From contig JBMFRC010000035.1 in assembly GCA_049968235.1 (NCBI GenBank), positions 1 through 16,202 on the forward strand: a stretch of DNA of 16,202 nt, read 5' to 3'. How positions within the stretch are numbered: the stretch's first letter is position 1; each line of letters opens with the position of its first letter. The notes beneath the pieces are model-generated. The model saw nothing but the letters and a program-made list of their open reading frames with translations. It had not been told where the DNA came from and searched no databases. The translations under genes and the position numbers were made by a program. This stretch comes from Candidatus Hydrogenedens sp. GTDB lineage: Bacteria > Hydrogenedentota > Hydrogenedentia > Hydrogenedentales > Hydrogenedentaceae. This document shows, piece after piece, positions 8,982 through 16,202 of the stretch.

Positions 8982-9838
8982 GTAATTTCTCCTGATTTTA
9001 AATTGTCCAGAAATGCTTCTATCTCCCCAATTAATTTAGATAGAACAACTTCCACAATTTGCATATCTATTTTCAATCGTTCTATAGAATGGATATTATT
9101 TGAATAATTTAAACCGTCTATTCCAGAACCAATGCCACATTCCAGACATAAATTACTTGCAATATGGATAAAATCAGCAACCAGACGATATTCTTCCGGA
9201 GCATTATCCGGCTCATGGTGATATAAGACAGGTTGAACTAAGTTATTGGGGAAATGCCACTCCTGCATTAATAAAGCGCCTACCTCCGAGTGGTCAATAC
9301 CTAAAATTTCTTTCTCTGCTTTTTCAAAAGATAGTTTCTCATCGTATGCCTTTTTTACTATAGGTTCCGCATCTATTTCTACAAAGGTTCCCAACACTAT
9401 TTTACCAATATCATGGAGTAATCCTACCGTAAAAGTATAAGGAGGAATATCTATTTTTAATTCTTTTCCCAGTAATTCACTGGCTATTGCAGTTCCTATT
9501 AAATGTTTTATTAGTTCTCCTGCAGGTAAGTCATATCCTCGAAGTGGTTTTACAACCGTCGGGAAAATTGTCGATGCAATAATCATCTGCTGAATTCTGT
9601 TTATCCCTAATAATACAACTGCCTCACGGACAGTACTTATTTTTTTAGGACCCGCAAAATATGCTGAATTGGCTAACTTTAATATATTTGCAGTTAATGT
9701 CGGGTCCATTTCCAATTCTTTAGATATATCTAATATTGGGGATTCTTTATTGTTTATCTTGCTTAAAATACGAGCAGTATTTGCAGGGAAAGCAGGTACT
9801 TCTTTAATTTTTTCTATAATTTTCTCTCGTATAGTCAT
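8978..9838 (-). CDS. HDOD domain protein (HD-related output domain)
   Basis: PAFPANTARILSKINNKESPILDISKELEMDPTLTANILKLANSAYFAG...LLGINRI...LLHDIGKIVL: the canonical HDOD N-terminal motif string. 286 aa with no other domain. Confidence 0.85.
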   Translation of the reverse strand: MTIREKIIEKIKEVPAFPANTARILSKINNKESPILDISKELEMDPTLTANILKLANSAYFAGPKKISTVREAVVLLGINRIQQMIIASTIFPTVVKPLRGYDLPAGELIKHLIGTAIASELLGKELKIDIPPYTFTVGLLHDIGKIVLGTFVEIDAEPIVKKAYDEKLSFEKAEKEILGIDHSEVGALLMQEWHFPNNLVQPVLYHHEPDNAPEEYRLVADFIHIASNLCLECGIGSGIDGLNYSNNIHSIERLKIDMQIVEVVLSKLIGEIEAFLDNLKSGEIT

Positions 9839-9852
9839 TCTATTTTTTCCTA

Positions 9853-10329
9853 TTACAATTCATATTCTTTCCCGGCACTTTTAATTGTTGTTTTACCATC
9901 ATTAATATATAAATACATCGTTCTCGCTAATGTTCCACCAATATCTTCTGATGAAATTAGTATATTATTTTTCCAGAGGAGTTTTCTCACTACAATGTGA
10001 TTTCTTTCCCCGATTCGGAACATTTCGTTATCATCTAACAGAACAGCACCACCAGCAACTTTAGCTATCATTCTTTTTTTATCTGCACCCATATTAATTA
10101 GTGTTTGCATCATTAGTGGCAAACCTGTATCTACAAACATGTATGGGGCTTCTCTGGCTCGTTCAGGGTCAACCTTCGATAAAGGTAACATGCAGTGAAT
10201 AAGTCCACCTATCTTCTGGAGTGGGTCATATAAAACAACACCTACACATGAACCCAAAGAATATGTAACTAACACATCCTCCGGATTACTTGAAACTTTC
10301 ATATCCGATATATTTACAGTAATTAACAC
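9853..10329 (-). CDS. cheD: chemoreceptor glutamine deamidase CheD (paralog 2)
   Basis: The LGSCVGVVLYDP...GGLIHCMLP motif region is typical of CheD, and the size is about 158 aa. Confidence 0.85.
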   Translation of the reverse strand: MLITVNISDMKVSSNPEDVLVTYSLGSCVGVVLYDPLQKIGGLIHCMLPLSKVDPERAREAPYMFVDTGLPLMMQTLINMGADKKRMIAKVAGGAVLLDDNEMFRIGERNHIVVRKLLWKNNILISSEDIGGTLARTMYLYINDGKTTIKSAGKEYEL

Positions 10330-10356
10330 CTTATAACACCTTTAATATTTTCTAAT

Positions 10357-11160
10357 CTATGGTTTATAGTAAATGGAAGGTTTTACTATTCGGAAACCCG
10401 TTTGTATCGAGGTAATACTTTCGGAATGTCCAACGAATAAATATCCTTTGGGTTTAAGAAGACGGTATATTTCATTGACCAGCATATTTCTAACTTTTTC
10501 ATCGAAGTATATCATCACATTCCTGCAAAATATTATATCAAAGGGTCCCTTCATAGGATAGGGAGTTTCTATTAAATTTAACCTCGAAAACGTAATTAAT
10601 TTTTTAATCCTATCTGACACCACGTATACCCAGTCATTCCCAACTTTCTTTTTTTCAAAATACTTCTGTAGTAAATATCCCGGAATATTCTCTACTTTAT
10701 GCGAATAGTATTCCCCCTTTTTAGATTGCTCTAATACTCGCGTCGATATGTCCGTGGCAAGAATTTTTAAATCTACAAAGGAACTATTAAGGGCTTCCAT
10801 AGCAGTAATGGCAATAGTATAAGGTTCCTCACCTGTGGAACAAGCAGATGACCATATTCTAAATTTTGTTTGCCCTTCTTCCTTCCATTCCATTAACTTC
10901 TCTTTTAAAAATTCAAAATGGTCGCTTTCCCGGAAAAAATGTGTCACATTCGTTGATATATAATCAATCAGTTTTATAATTTCCTGTCCTGATTTATCGT
11001 TTATTACATACTCGTAATAATCCTTAAAATCATTAATTCCTAAAGTGCGAATCCTTTTTGAAAGCCTCCCAACTACAAGTGCTTTTTTCTGGTCACTTAG
11101 ATGAATACCACTAGTTTCATATATCAATTGTCGAAATCTGTTGAATAAATTATTATCCAT
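10357..11160 (-). CDS. cheR: chemotaxis protein methyltransferase CheR
   Basis: N-terminal CheR helical domain (FRQLIYETSGIHLSDQKKALVVGRLSKRIR) and the SAM-binding fold motif IWSSACSTGEEPYTIAI...DIIFCRNVMIYFD. Confidence 0.95.
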   Translation of the reverse strand: MDNNLFNRFRQLIYETSGIHLSDQKKALVVGRLSKRIRTLGINDFKDYYEYVINDKSGQEIIKLIDYISTNVTHFFRESDHFEFLKEKLMEWKEEGQTKFRIWSSACSTGEEPYTIAITAMEALNSSFVDLKILATDISTRVLEQSKKGEYYSHKVENIPGYLLQKYFEKKKVGNDWVYVVSDRIKKLITFSRLNLIETPYPMKGPFDIIFCRNVMIYFDEKVRNMLVNEIYRLLKPKGYLFVGHSESITSIQTGFRIVKPSIYYKP

Positions 11161-11169
11161 ATACGCTCT

Positions 11170-11679
11170 CTATTCTTCAGGTAATTCTAAAATCCAATCT
11201 TCTTTTCGTATTTGATAAACTTTTAAGACAATAATATGACCTGTATAACTATTAAAAACGATTTTTCTGCCCATATTTCCTCCAACATCTTCTGATACAA
11301 TCTTTATACCTTTACTTTTCAATATTTTCCGGGCAACTTCCACATTATCTTTACCAATATCTTTGCTTTTACTATTAAAAGGAGGAACTGCACCTCCTAC
11401 GATTTGGGCAAAAATGGAATTTGTTCTGGCGCCTGCCTTTTCCATCATTTGTATTAGTTGAAGTGTTGCCACATTACCATATTGGGAAGTGGCTTTATCT
11501 TTTGATGATACACTGGGATAAAGAAAATGGTTCATTCCCCCTATCTTTAATTTTTTATCCCATAGACAAACAGATACACATGACCCCAGAACAGCATACA
11601 AATTTGTGGGAACAGTGGGAAGATAGATATACCCCGGTTCAATAAATACCTGCTGATACGATGTCAATTCTTTTGACAT
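11170..11679 (-). CDS. cheD: chemoreceptor glutamine deamidase CheD (paralog 1)
   Basis: LYAVLGSCVSVCLWD...GGMNHFLYP and the C-terminal GGNMGRKIVF region. CheD family, 169 aa. Confidence 0.85.
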   Translation of the reverse strand: MSKELTSYQQVFIEPGYIYLPTVPTNLYAVLGSCVSVCLWDKKLKIGGMNHFLYPSVSSKDKATSQYGNVATLQLIQMMEKAGARTNSIFAQIVGGAVPPFNSKSKDIGKDNVEVARKILKSKGIKIVSEDVGGNMGRKIVFNSYTGHIIVLKVYQIRKEDWILELPEE

Positions 11680-11695
11680 TTATTTTCTCGTTTTA

Positions 11696-12067
11696 CTATT
11701 GACCTTTACTTTTGTTTAACACTTCTTGAATTTTCCCAACGATAGTGTTAGGTTCAAAAGGTTTAATTACATAATTCGTTGCACCTGCTTTTAATGCTTC
11801 TAATACTCTGCTTTTTTCCGCTTCGGTTGTAACCATAATAATCGGCATTGTTTTACCCATTTCACGGATTGCTTTTAATGCATCAATTCCCAACATATTG
11901 GGCATATTCCAATCCATTAAAATAATATCATAGTCGTTTTGTTGAACAGCCTGTACTGCTTCTGCTCCATCCGCCGCCTGGTCAACCTCGTTTATATTTG
12001 CTCTACCTAATGCTCCAATCAATACTTTTCTCATTACTGCAGAATCATCAACAACCAATGCCCTCAT
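11696..12067 (-). CDS. cheY: chemotaxis response regulator CheY
   Basis: MRALVVDDSAVMRKVL...DIILMDWNMPNMLGIDAL...NYVIKPF. Classic CheY, 123 aa. Confidence 0.95.
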   Translation of the reverse strand: MRALVVDDSAVMRKVLIGALGRANINEVDQAADGAEAVQAVQQNDYDIILMDWNMPNMLGIDALKAIREMGKTMPIIMVTTEAEKSRVLEALKAGATNYVIKPFEPNTIVGKIQEVLNKSKGQ

Positions 12068-12083
12068 TATTTACACCTCTTTC

Positions 12084-12551
12084 CTATTTTTCTGGTTCAA
12101 ATGTGACCCGTAGCGTAAACGGACCTAATTCACTATCAAAGTTTATTTCTATCCATACAGAATTTGTAGGATAATCTACTGAAAAGTCTCCACCACGAAC
12201 TACTGTGGGTAAACTTAAATCCAAAGGCTTCTCATCACCTGTATTTAATCTCGCTTTTGCTCCTCCTGCAACGATATTCACCATCTCAGCAATAGCATCA
12301 GATACGGTATCATCCATAATCTTTATATCTGCATTTAGCAATTTATTTACCATAGCAAGAGCAGTAGAAACAGGAAAAGCAAGGGCAACCATTCCACGTA
12401 CCCTTCCACTAATCCCAATTAACGCCATTATGTCTCGCGGATTGGCTGATTTTGCTATTCCTACATTTTTTCGTTCCGCTTTTGCATTTAACATTGTTGT
12501 AAATAAATCATATACACTTTCTATAAACGGATTGATATGTTCAGCCTTCAT
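12084..12551 (-). CDS. cheX: CheY-P phosphatase CheX
   Basis: 155 aa. INPFIESVYDLFTTML N-terminus, AEMVNIVAGGAK active-site motif (E-x2-N) and a C-terminal beta region. It resembles spirochaete/Thermotoga CheX. Confidence 0.8.
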   Translation of the reverse strand: MKAEHINPFIESVYDLFTTMLNAKAERKNVGIAKSANPRDIMALIGISGRVRGMVALAFPVSTALAMVNKLLNADIKIMDDTVSDAIAEMVNIVAGGAKARLNTGDEKPLDLSLPTVVRGGDFSVDYPTNSVWIEINFDSELGPFTLRVTFEPEK

Positions 12552-12588
12552 AATACTCCTGTACCTTTTTATTTATTTCTATTTAATT

Positions 12589-13092
12589 TCAAAGAGAACT
12601 CAAACTTTGTATTTCATTGGCGGTTAATACTTTATCTATATCCAAAAGTATAACCACCGCTTCGCCTAATTTTCCCATCGCCATAATAAATGCAGTATCA
12701 ATACTTGCTCCAAAAGAAGGAGCAGGTTCTATTTGATTCTCTGCTATATCTACAACCTCTGAAACTTCATCTACGATTATACCCATAGTTATAGGACCAA
12801 CATTTCCCATAACTTGAACAACAATTATACAGGTATGGTCCGTATCTTCTACGGTTTCCATATCAAATTTCTTACGAAGTTCAATAACAGGAATTACTTT
12901 ACCTCTTAGATTAATTACACCACGAACAAAATTAGGTGTTCTCGGGATAGAGGTAATACTCATCAGTCCAATTATTTCCTGTACCTTCAGTATCTCTATT
13001 CCATAGGTTTCATGAGACAACTTAAATGTGAGATACTTGCCTGCTAATGATTTTAACTCGTGCTTGCTTGTGGTTTTTTCTTGTTCTGTCAT
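12589..13092 (-). CDS. cheW: chemotaxis coupling protein CheW
   Basis: KYLTFKLSHETYGIEILKVQEIIGL...VRGVINLRGKVIPVIELRKKF. CheW fold, 167 aa. Confidence 0.95.
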   Translation of the reverse strand: MTEQEKTTSKHELKSLAGKYLTFKLSHETYGIEILKVQEIIGLMSITSIPRTPNFVRGVINLRGKVIPVIELRKKFDMETVEDTDHTCIIVVQVMGNVGPITMGIIVDEVSEVVDIAENQIEPAPSFGASIDTAFIMAMGKLGEAVVILLDIDKVLTANEIQSLSSL

Positions 13093-13141
13093 GGCTATGT
13101 TCCTTTTGTTACATTCTATTTATTTTACACAATTTATATAC

Positions 13142-15949
13142 CTATACAAAAGTAGTGGATTCTTCTGCTAATTTTAGTATTCCTGCAATATCTAAAATTA
13201 GACCTACTTTACCATCCGGCATAATAGCTCCCCCTGCAATTCCCGGTACACCCTTTAAGGCTTCTCCCAAAGATTTAATTACAATTTGCTGTTGACCCAA
13301 TATCTCATCTACTAACAAACCCACCTGAGAATTGCCCGTTTCTACGACCACAATAGTTCCTTCCGTATATTCTTCAACAGCATTGGGAATATTAAATAAT
13401 TTATTTAATCTGTATAAATTTATTAGTTTTCCATGGAACGATAAAACTTCGCCTTTTCCAACTACAGTATTTATCTCTTTTTTTGTCGGTCTTAATGATA
13501 TTATAATAGACAATGTCGGGATAATATATCTTTCCATTCCCACGCGAACAACCATTCCATCAATAATTGCCAATGTTAAGGGTAATCGTATTGTAAACAC
13601 AGTCCCTTTTCCCGGTGTAGATTGAATTTCCACATGCCCTCTTAAAGCCTCTATATTCTTCTTTACCACATCCATACCTACACCGCGACCGGATACCTCT
13701 GTTACAACCTTTGCTGTAGAAAAGCCCGGTTCAAATATAAGATTCCATACTTCACGATCTGATAGACCTTCCTCAGAACGAATTAGCCCTCGTTCTATTG
13801 CCTTTTTTATAATGGCTTCTCGATTAAGCCCTGCTCCATCATCTTCAACTTGTATATGTATATTTCCGCCAGCATGATATGCCCTGAGATATATATTCCC
13901 TATAGGCGGTTTTCCATGTTTAATTCGTTCCTCCGGATTACTTTCAATTCCGTGGTCCACCGAATTGCGAACCATATGAACAAGCGGGTCTCCTATTTTA
14001 TCAACCACAGTCTTATCTAATTCCGTATCTTCTCCACTGGTATGAAATTCAATCAACTTCCCCGTTTTTTTGGATAAATCGCGAACCAGCCGTGCCATTT
14101 TTTGAAATGTGCTTTTTATCGGTATCATCCGAAGAGACATCGCCATAAGTTGTAATTCTCTTGTTATCTTATCCAATTGCCCCATATATCTCGACAAATC
14201 CGTATACAAATCCCCATTTATTTCTACCTCTCTTGCAACCATAGATTCAGCAATAACTAACTCACCAATCATATCCACAAGTTGGTCTAATCGATTGGCA
14301 TCTACTTTTATTGCTTCCGCTACACTTGCTTGAGGTGCTAATGATTGTGCCCGTTGTGTGCGAAGTGCCTGAACGACTTCTTTCGCATTAGCTTCTCCAG
14401 TCTGAACCAGCAATTCTCCCAATTTCGGAGGTTCCTGGGATTGCTTCTGTTTTTCTATTGCATTTTGAATTTCCTCCTCCGTAGCAAAACCCAATTCTAC
14501 TACAATTTCTCCTATAAGTTTGTTCGGGAATTCAGTTTTTTGTAATTCCAATACCTTTTCTAATTGCTTTGAAGATATAACATTATATTTAACTAATATT
14601 TCTCCCACTGCTACAGGTTCTGTTGGACTTTTCTGTAATATTAGGGCTCGCTTTACACTATCTTCAGATATAGATTCAGAACCTACCATTATCTCGCCCA
14701 ATCGGGATATATTTTTCCCCGGTTTTTCACGAAATATTGTCGTTACCTTTTTACCTTGCAAAACCCGATGAATATTCTCAATCAATTCTCCCGAGTTTTC
14801 TTGCGGAATTACAGGTTCCCCTGTGGTCAACGCTTTTCGAACAGCATTTACACACTCCTTCAATGTATCTACCGCTTCAAAGACAACATCAATAGCATTA
14901 CCCACAAGTAACATTTCTTTTTTTCTTGCACGGTCTAATAAATTTTCCGCTTCGTGCGATATCTGTTTAATCTCGTCTAATCCTAAAAAACCTGACACTC
15001 CTTTAATTGTATGAAAGGCTCGAAACACCGCATTTATTGCATCCTTATCTTCCGGGTCTGTTTCCAGAGTAAGCAAGTGGACATCACAGTTATCTAAATG
15101 TTCTGTTGCTTCTTGAATAAAATCTTTCACTAAATCAAGGTCACCTTCTAAAACTTTTGGTTCGAATTTCTTCGTCTCTGCTACTTGTTGTTCTGTTTTT
15201 TCTCCCGCATCTTTTCTACTCTCCTTTGCCAATTTCTTCCTTAATTCATTAGGAAACAGAGGCATAGGTCCCTTCCCGGCAATAGCATCAAATTTCTTTT
15301 TCAACCAGTCTTTTAATGTAAACAAATCATCGACCAATTCTTGAGTTACCCCCTGTTCAATTCGGTCTTCTGCTAAATGACATAAGTCCTGAATATCATT
15401 TAACCCTAAAATCCCCGTTTCTCCTTTTAATGTATGAATCTTCCTCTTCAATTCTGCAATTACTTCCTGTTTATCCCCATCTTCTTTATAACTCAATAAC
15501 AACGCTTCCATTTCTTCCAGATTAGAATCCTGAGATTGAATAAACTGTTGGAATATTTCTGGGTCAACATTTTCTGGCAACTCAAATACCTGCCCCGAAC
15601 CTTGAACTATGATATTCTCTATTCTCTTTTGTTGCAATTCATTCGGATAAATTACTTCAGATTCACTGACTCCGGCTACAATTAACTGCTGTATGGAACT
15701 GATGACTTGAGATAAAGTTTTCAAGGCTTCATCAGGGTTGGACATTTCCTGTAAAACAATCTTTTCTATCCAATCCGCACTATTATCCGCAACTATAGCC
15801 GTTCTAAGAAAACCCTGCGAATTTGCCCATTCCCGTATCTCGATAAGACAGGTATGCATTTGTGCCAATTCCTGTAAATCTCCAGGACTTACAAATACCG
15901 CCAATTCACTTAATTTCTCTATTGTCTTCTGAATTTCTATTTCCACCAT
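13142..15949 (-). CDS. cheA: chemotaxis histidine kinase CheA, atypical: two Hpt (HxxKG) domains and four MshEN-like 24-aa motifs in place of a P2 domain
   Basis: Hpt motifs IHTLKGETGILGL and AFHTIKGVSGFLGL. P3 dimerisation region (IKVDANRLDQLVDMIGELVIAES). HATPase N/G1/F/G2 boxes (HMVRNSVDHGIE, VEDDGAGLN, FEPGFST, GRGVGMDVV). C-terminal CheW-like P5 domain. SD GGAGA 8 nt upstream of the ATG. Confidence 0.97.
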   Translation of the reverse strand: MVEIEIQKTIEKLSELAVFVSPGDLQELAQMHTCLIEIREWANSQGFLRTAIVADNSADWIEKIVLQEMSNPDEALKTLSQVISSIQQLIVAGVSESEVIYPNELQQKRIENIIVQGSGQVFELPENVDPEIFQQFIQSQDSNLEEMEALLLSYKEDGDKQEVIAELKRKIHTLKGETGILGLNDIQDLCHLAEDRIEQGVTQELVDDLFTLKDWLKKKFDAIAGKGPMPLFPNELRKKLAKESRKDAGEKTEQQVAETKKFEPKVLEGDLDLVKDFIQEATEHLDNCDVHLLTLETDPEDKDAINAVFRAFHTIKGVSGFLGLDEIKQISHEAENLLDRARKKEMLLVGNAIDVVFEAVDTLKECVNAVRKALTTGEPVIPQENSGELIENIHRVLQGKKVTTIFREKPGKNISRLGEIMVGSESISEDSVKRALILQKSPTEPVAVGEILVKYNVISSKQLEKVLELQKTEFPNKLIGEIVVELGFATEEEIQNAIEKQKQSQEPPKLGELLVQTGEANAKEVVQALRTQRAQSLAPQASVAEAIKVDANRLDQLVDMIGELVIAESMVAREVEINGDLYTDLSRYMGQLDKITRELQLMAMSLRMIPIKSTFQKMARLVRDLSKKTGKLIEFHTSGEDTELDKTVVDKIGDPLVHMVRNSVDHGIESNPEERIKHGKPPIGNIYLRAYHAGGNIHIQVEDDGAGLNREAIIKKAIERGLIRSEEGLSDREVWNLIFEPGFSTAKVVTEVSGRGVGMDVVKKNIEALRGHVEIQSTPGKGTVFTIRLPLTLAIIDGMVVRVGMERYIIPTLSIIISLRPTKKEINTVVGKGEVLSFHGKLINLYRLNKLFNIPNAVEEYTEGTIVVVETGNSQVGLLVDEILGQQQIVIKSLGEALKGVPGIAGGAIMPDGKVGLILDIAGILKLAEESTTFV

Positions 15950-16021
15950 ACATCAAATCTCCATCGTATTATTTTGCTAAAATTACATTAAATATTTTAG
16001 CACGAATAATACACATTTAAC

Positions 16022-16058
16022 CCTATTCGTGGCTATAATACACAGCCACGAATAGGGC
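16022..16058 (-). terminator. perfect 14-bp inverted repeat with a 9-nt loop (CCCTATTCGTGGCT...AGCCACGAATAGGG): probable terminator hairpin of the upstream gene, or an operator
   Basis: GC-rich stem in an AT-rich spacer, 18 nt after the stop codon of the partial upstream gene. The 3' flank on the minus strand (TTAAATGTGTATTATT) is only moderately U-rich. Confidence 0.4.
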
Positions 16059-16075
16059 ACATAATTAAATCAATC

Positions 16076-16202
16076 TTAAAATCCCTTTAAATCCTCATCA
16101 TCTAAAGGTATAACCTGTTCCGGATTTACCACATTCGATTTCGGAGCATGATGTGCCGACGGTAATGCATGTATATCCTTACGGGGCTTTCTACGGTCAA
16201 TC
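16076..16202 (-). CDS. 3' end of an unidentified gene running off the window (…IDRRKPRKDIHALPSAHHAPKSNVVNPEQVIPLDDEDLKGF*)
   Basis: It is the only stop-free frame across the last 124 nt. It is in the same orientation as the che operon, and the hairpin lies immediately downstream. Too short to assign a family. Confidence 0.3.
   Translation of the reverse strand, partial: IDRRKPRKDIHALPSAHHAPKSNVVNPEQVIPLDDEDLKGF

Noticed and set aside
15950-16021. Possible sigma28 (FliA) promoter TAAA-N15-GCCGATAA upstream of cheA.
   Set aside because: TAAA-N15-CTAAAATA is present, but the -10 element does not resemble GCCGATAA. A generic sigma70-like TAAAAT -10 is equally plausible. It is not called as a feature.
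16022-16058. The 14-bp perfect inverted repeat as a terminal inverted repeat of an insertion sequence or MITE.
   Set aside because: A single hairpin copy with a 9-nt spacer. There is no second copy, no transposase and no target-site duplication in the window. Its position right after a stop codon favours a terminator or operator.

Overview
This is an AT-rich bacterial chromosomal segment (roughly 30% GC). Almost all genes are on the minus strand and are tightly packed. Reading along the minus strand from the high-coordinate end:

1. The 3' end of an unidentified gene (16076..16202), followed by a perfect 14-bp hairpin.
2. An 11-gene chemotaxis operon, cheA-cheW-cheX-cheY-cheD-cheR-cheD-HDOD-cheY-cheX-like-cheB (15949 down to 7047). 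No MCP or CheC gene is present in the window.
3. A clearly recognisable cobalamin (B12) riboswitch at about 6843..6989. It has the AGGGAA/GGUGAAAGUCC core, a GCCACUG box and a B12-box AGCCAGAAGACCUGC. An anti-SD/SD pairing follows it.
4. The riboswitch-controlled gene (5367..6698) is an uncharacterised secreted protein with a C-terminal membrane anchor, beta-rich repeats and a C-terminal Ig-like domain. An intrinsic terminator follows it.
5. A housekeeping operon: alaS (alanyl-tRNA synthetase, GTG start), a glycerophosphodiester phosphodiesterase that overlaps the alaS 3' end, and a deoxyhypusine-synthase-like protein.
6. A small coiled-coil ORF on the plus strand and a 300-bp AT-rich convergent spacer.

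The most unusual points:
- The B12 riboswitch governs an orphan surface beta-propeller/Ig protein and no transporter. This makes the protein a candidate new B12-capture protein.
- The CheA kinase lacks a normal P2 region. In its place are four tandem copies of the 24-residue MshEN/T2SSE_N-type motif, a known c-di-GMP-binding motif. It also has tandem Hpt domains.
- The same operon carries an HDOD protein translationally coupled to a CheY.
- The operon also has two CheD and two CheX-family paralogs.
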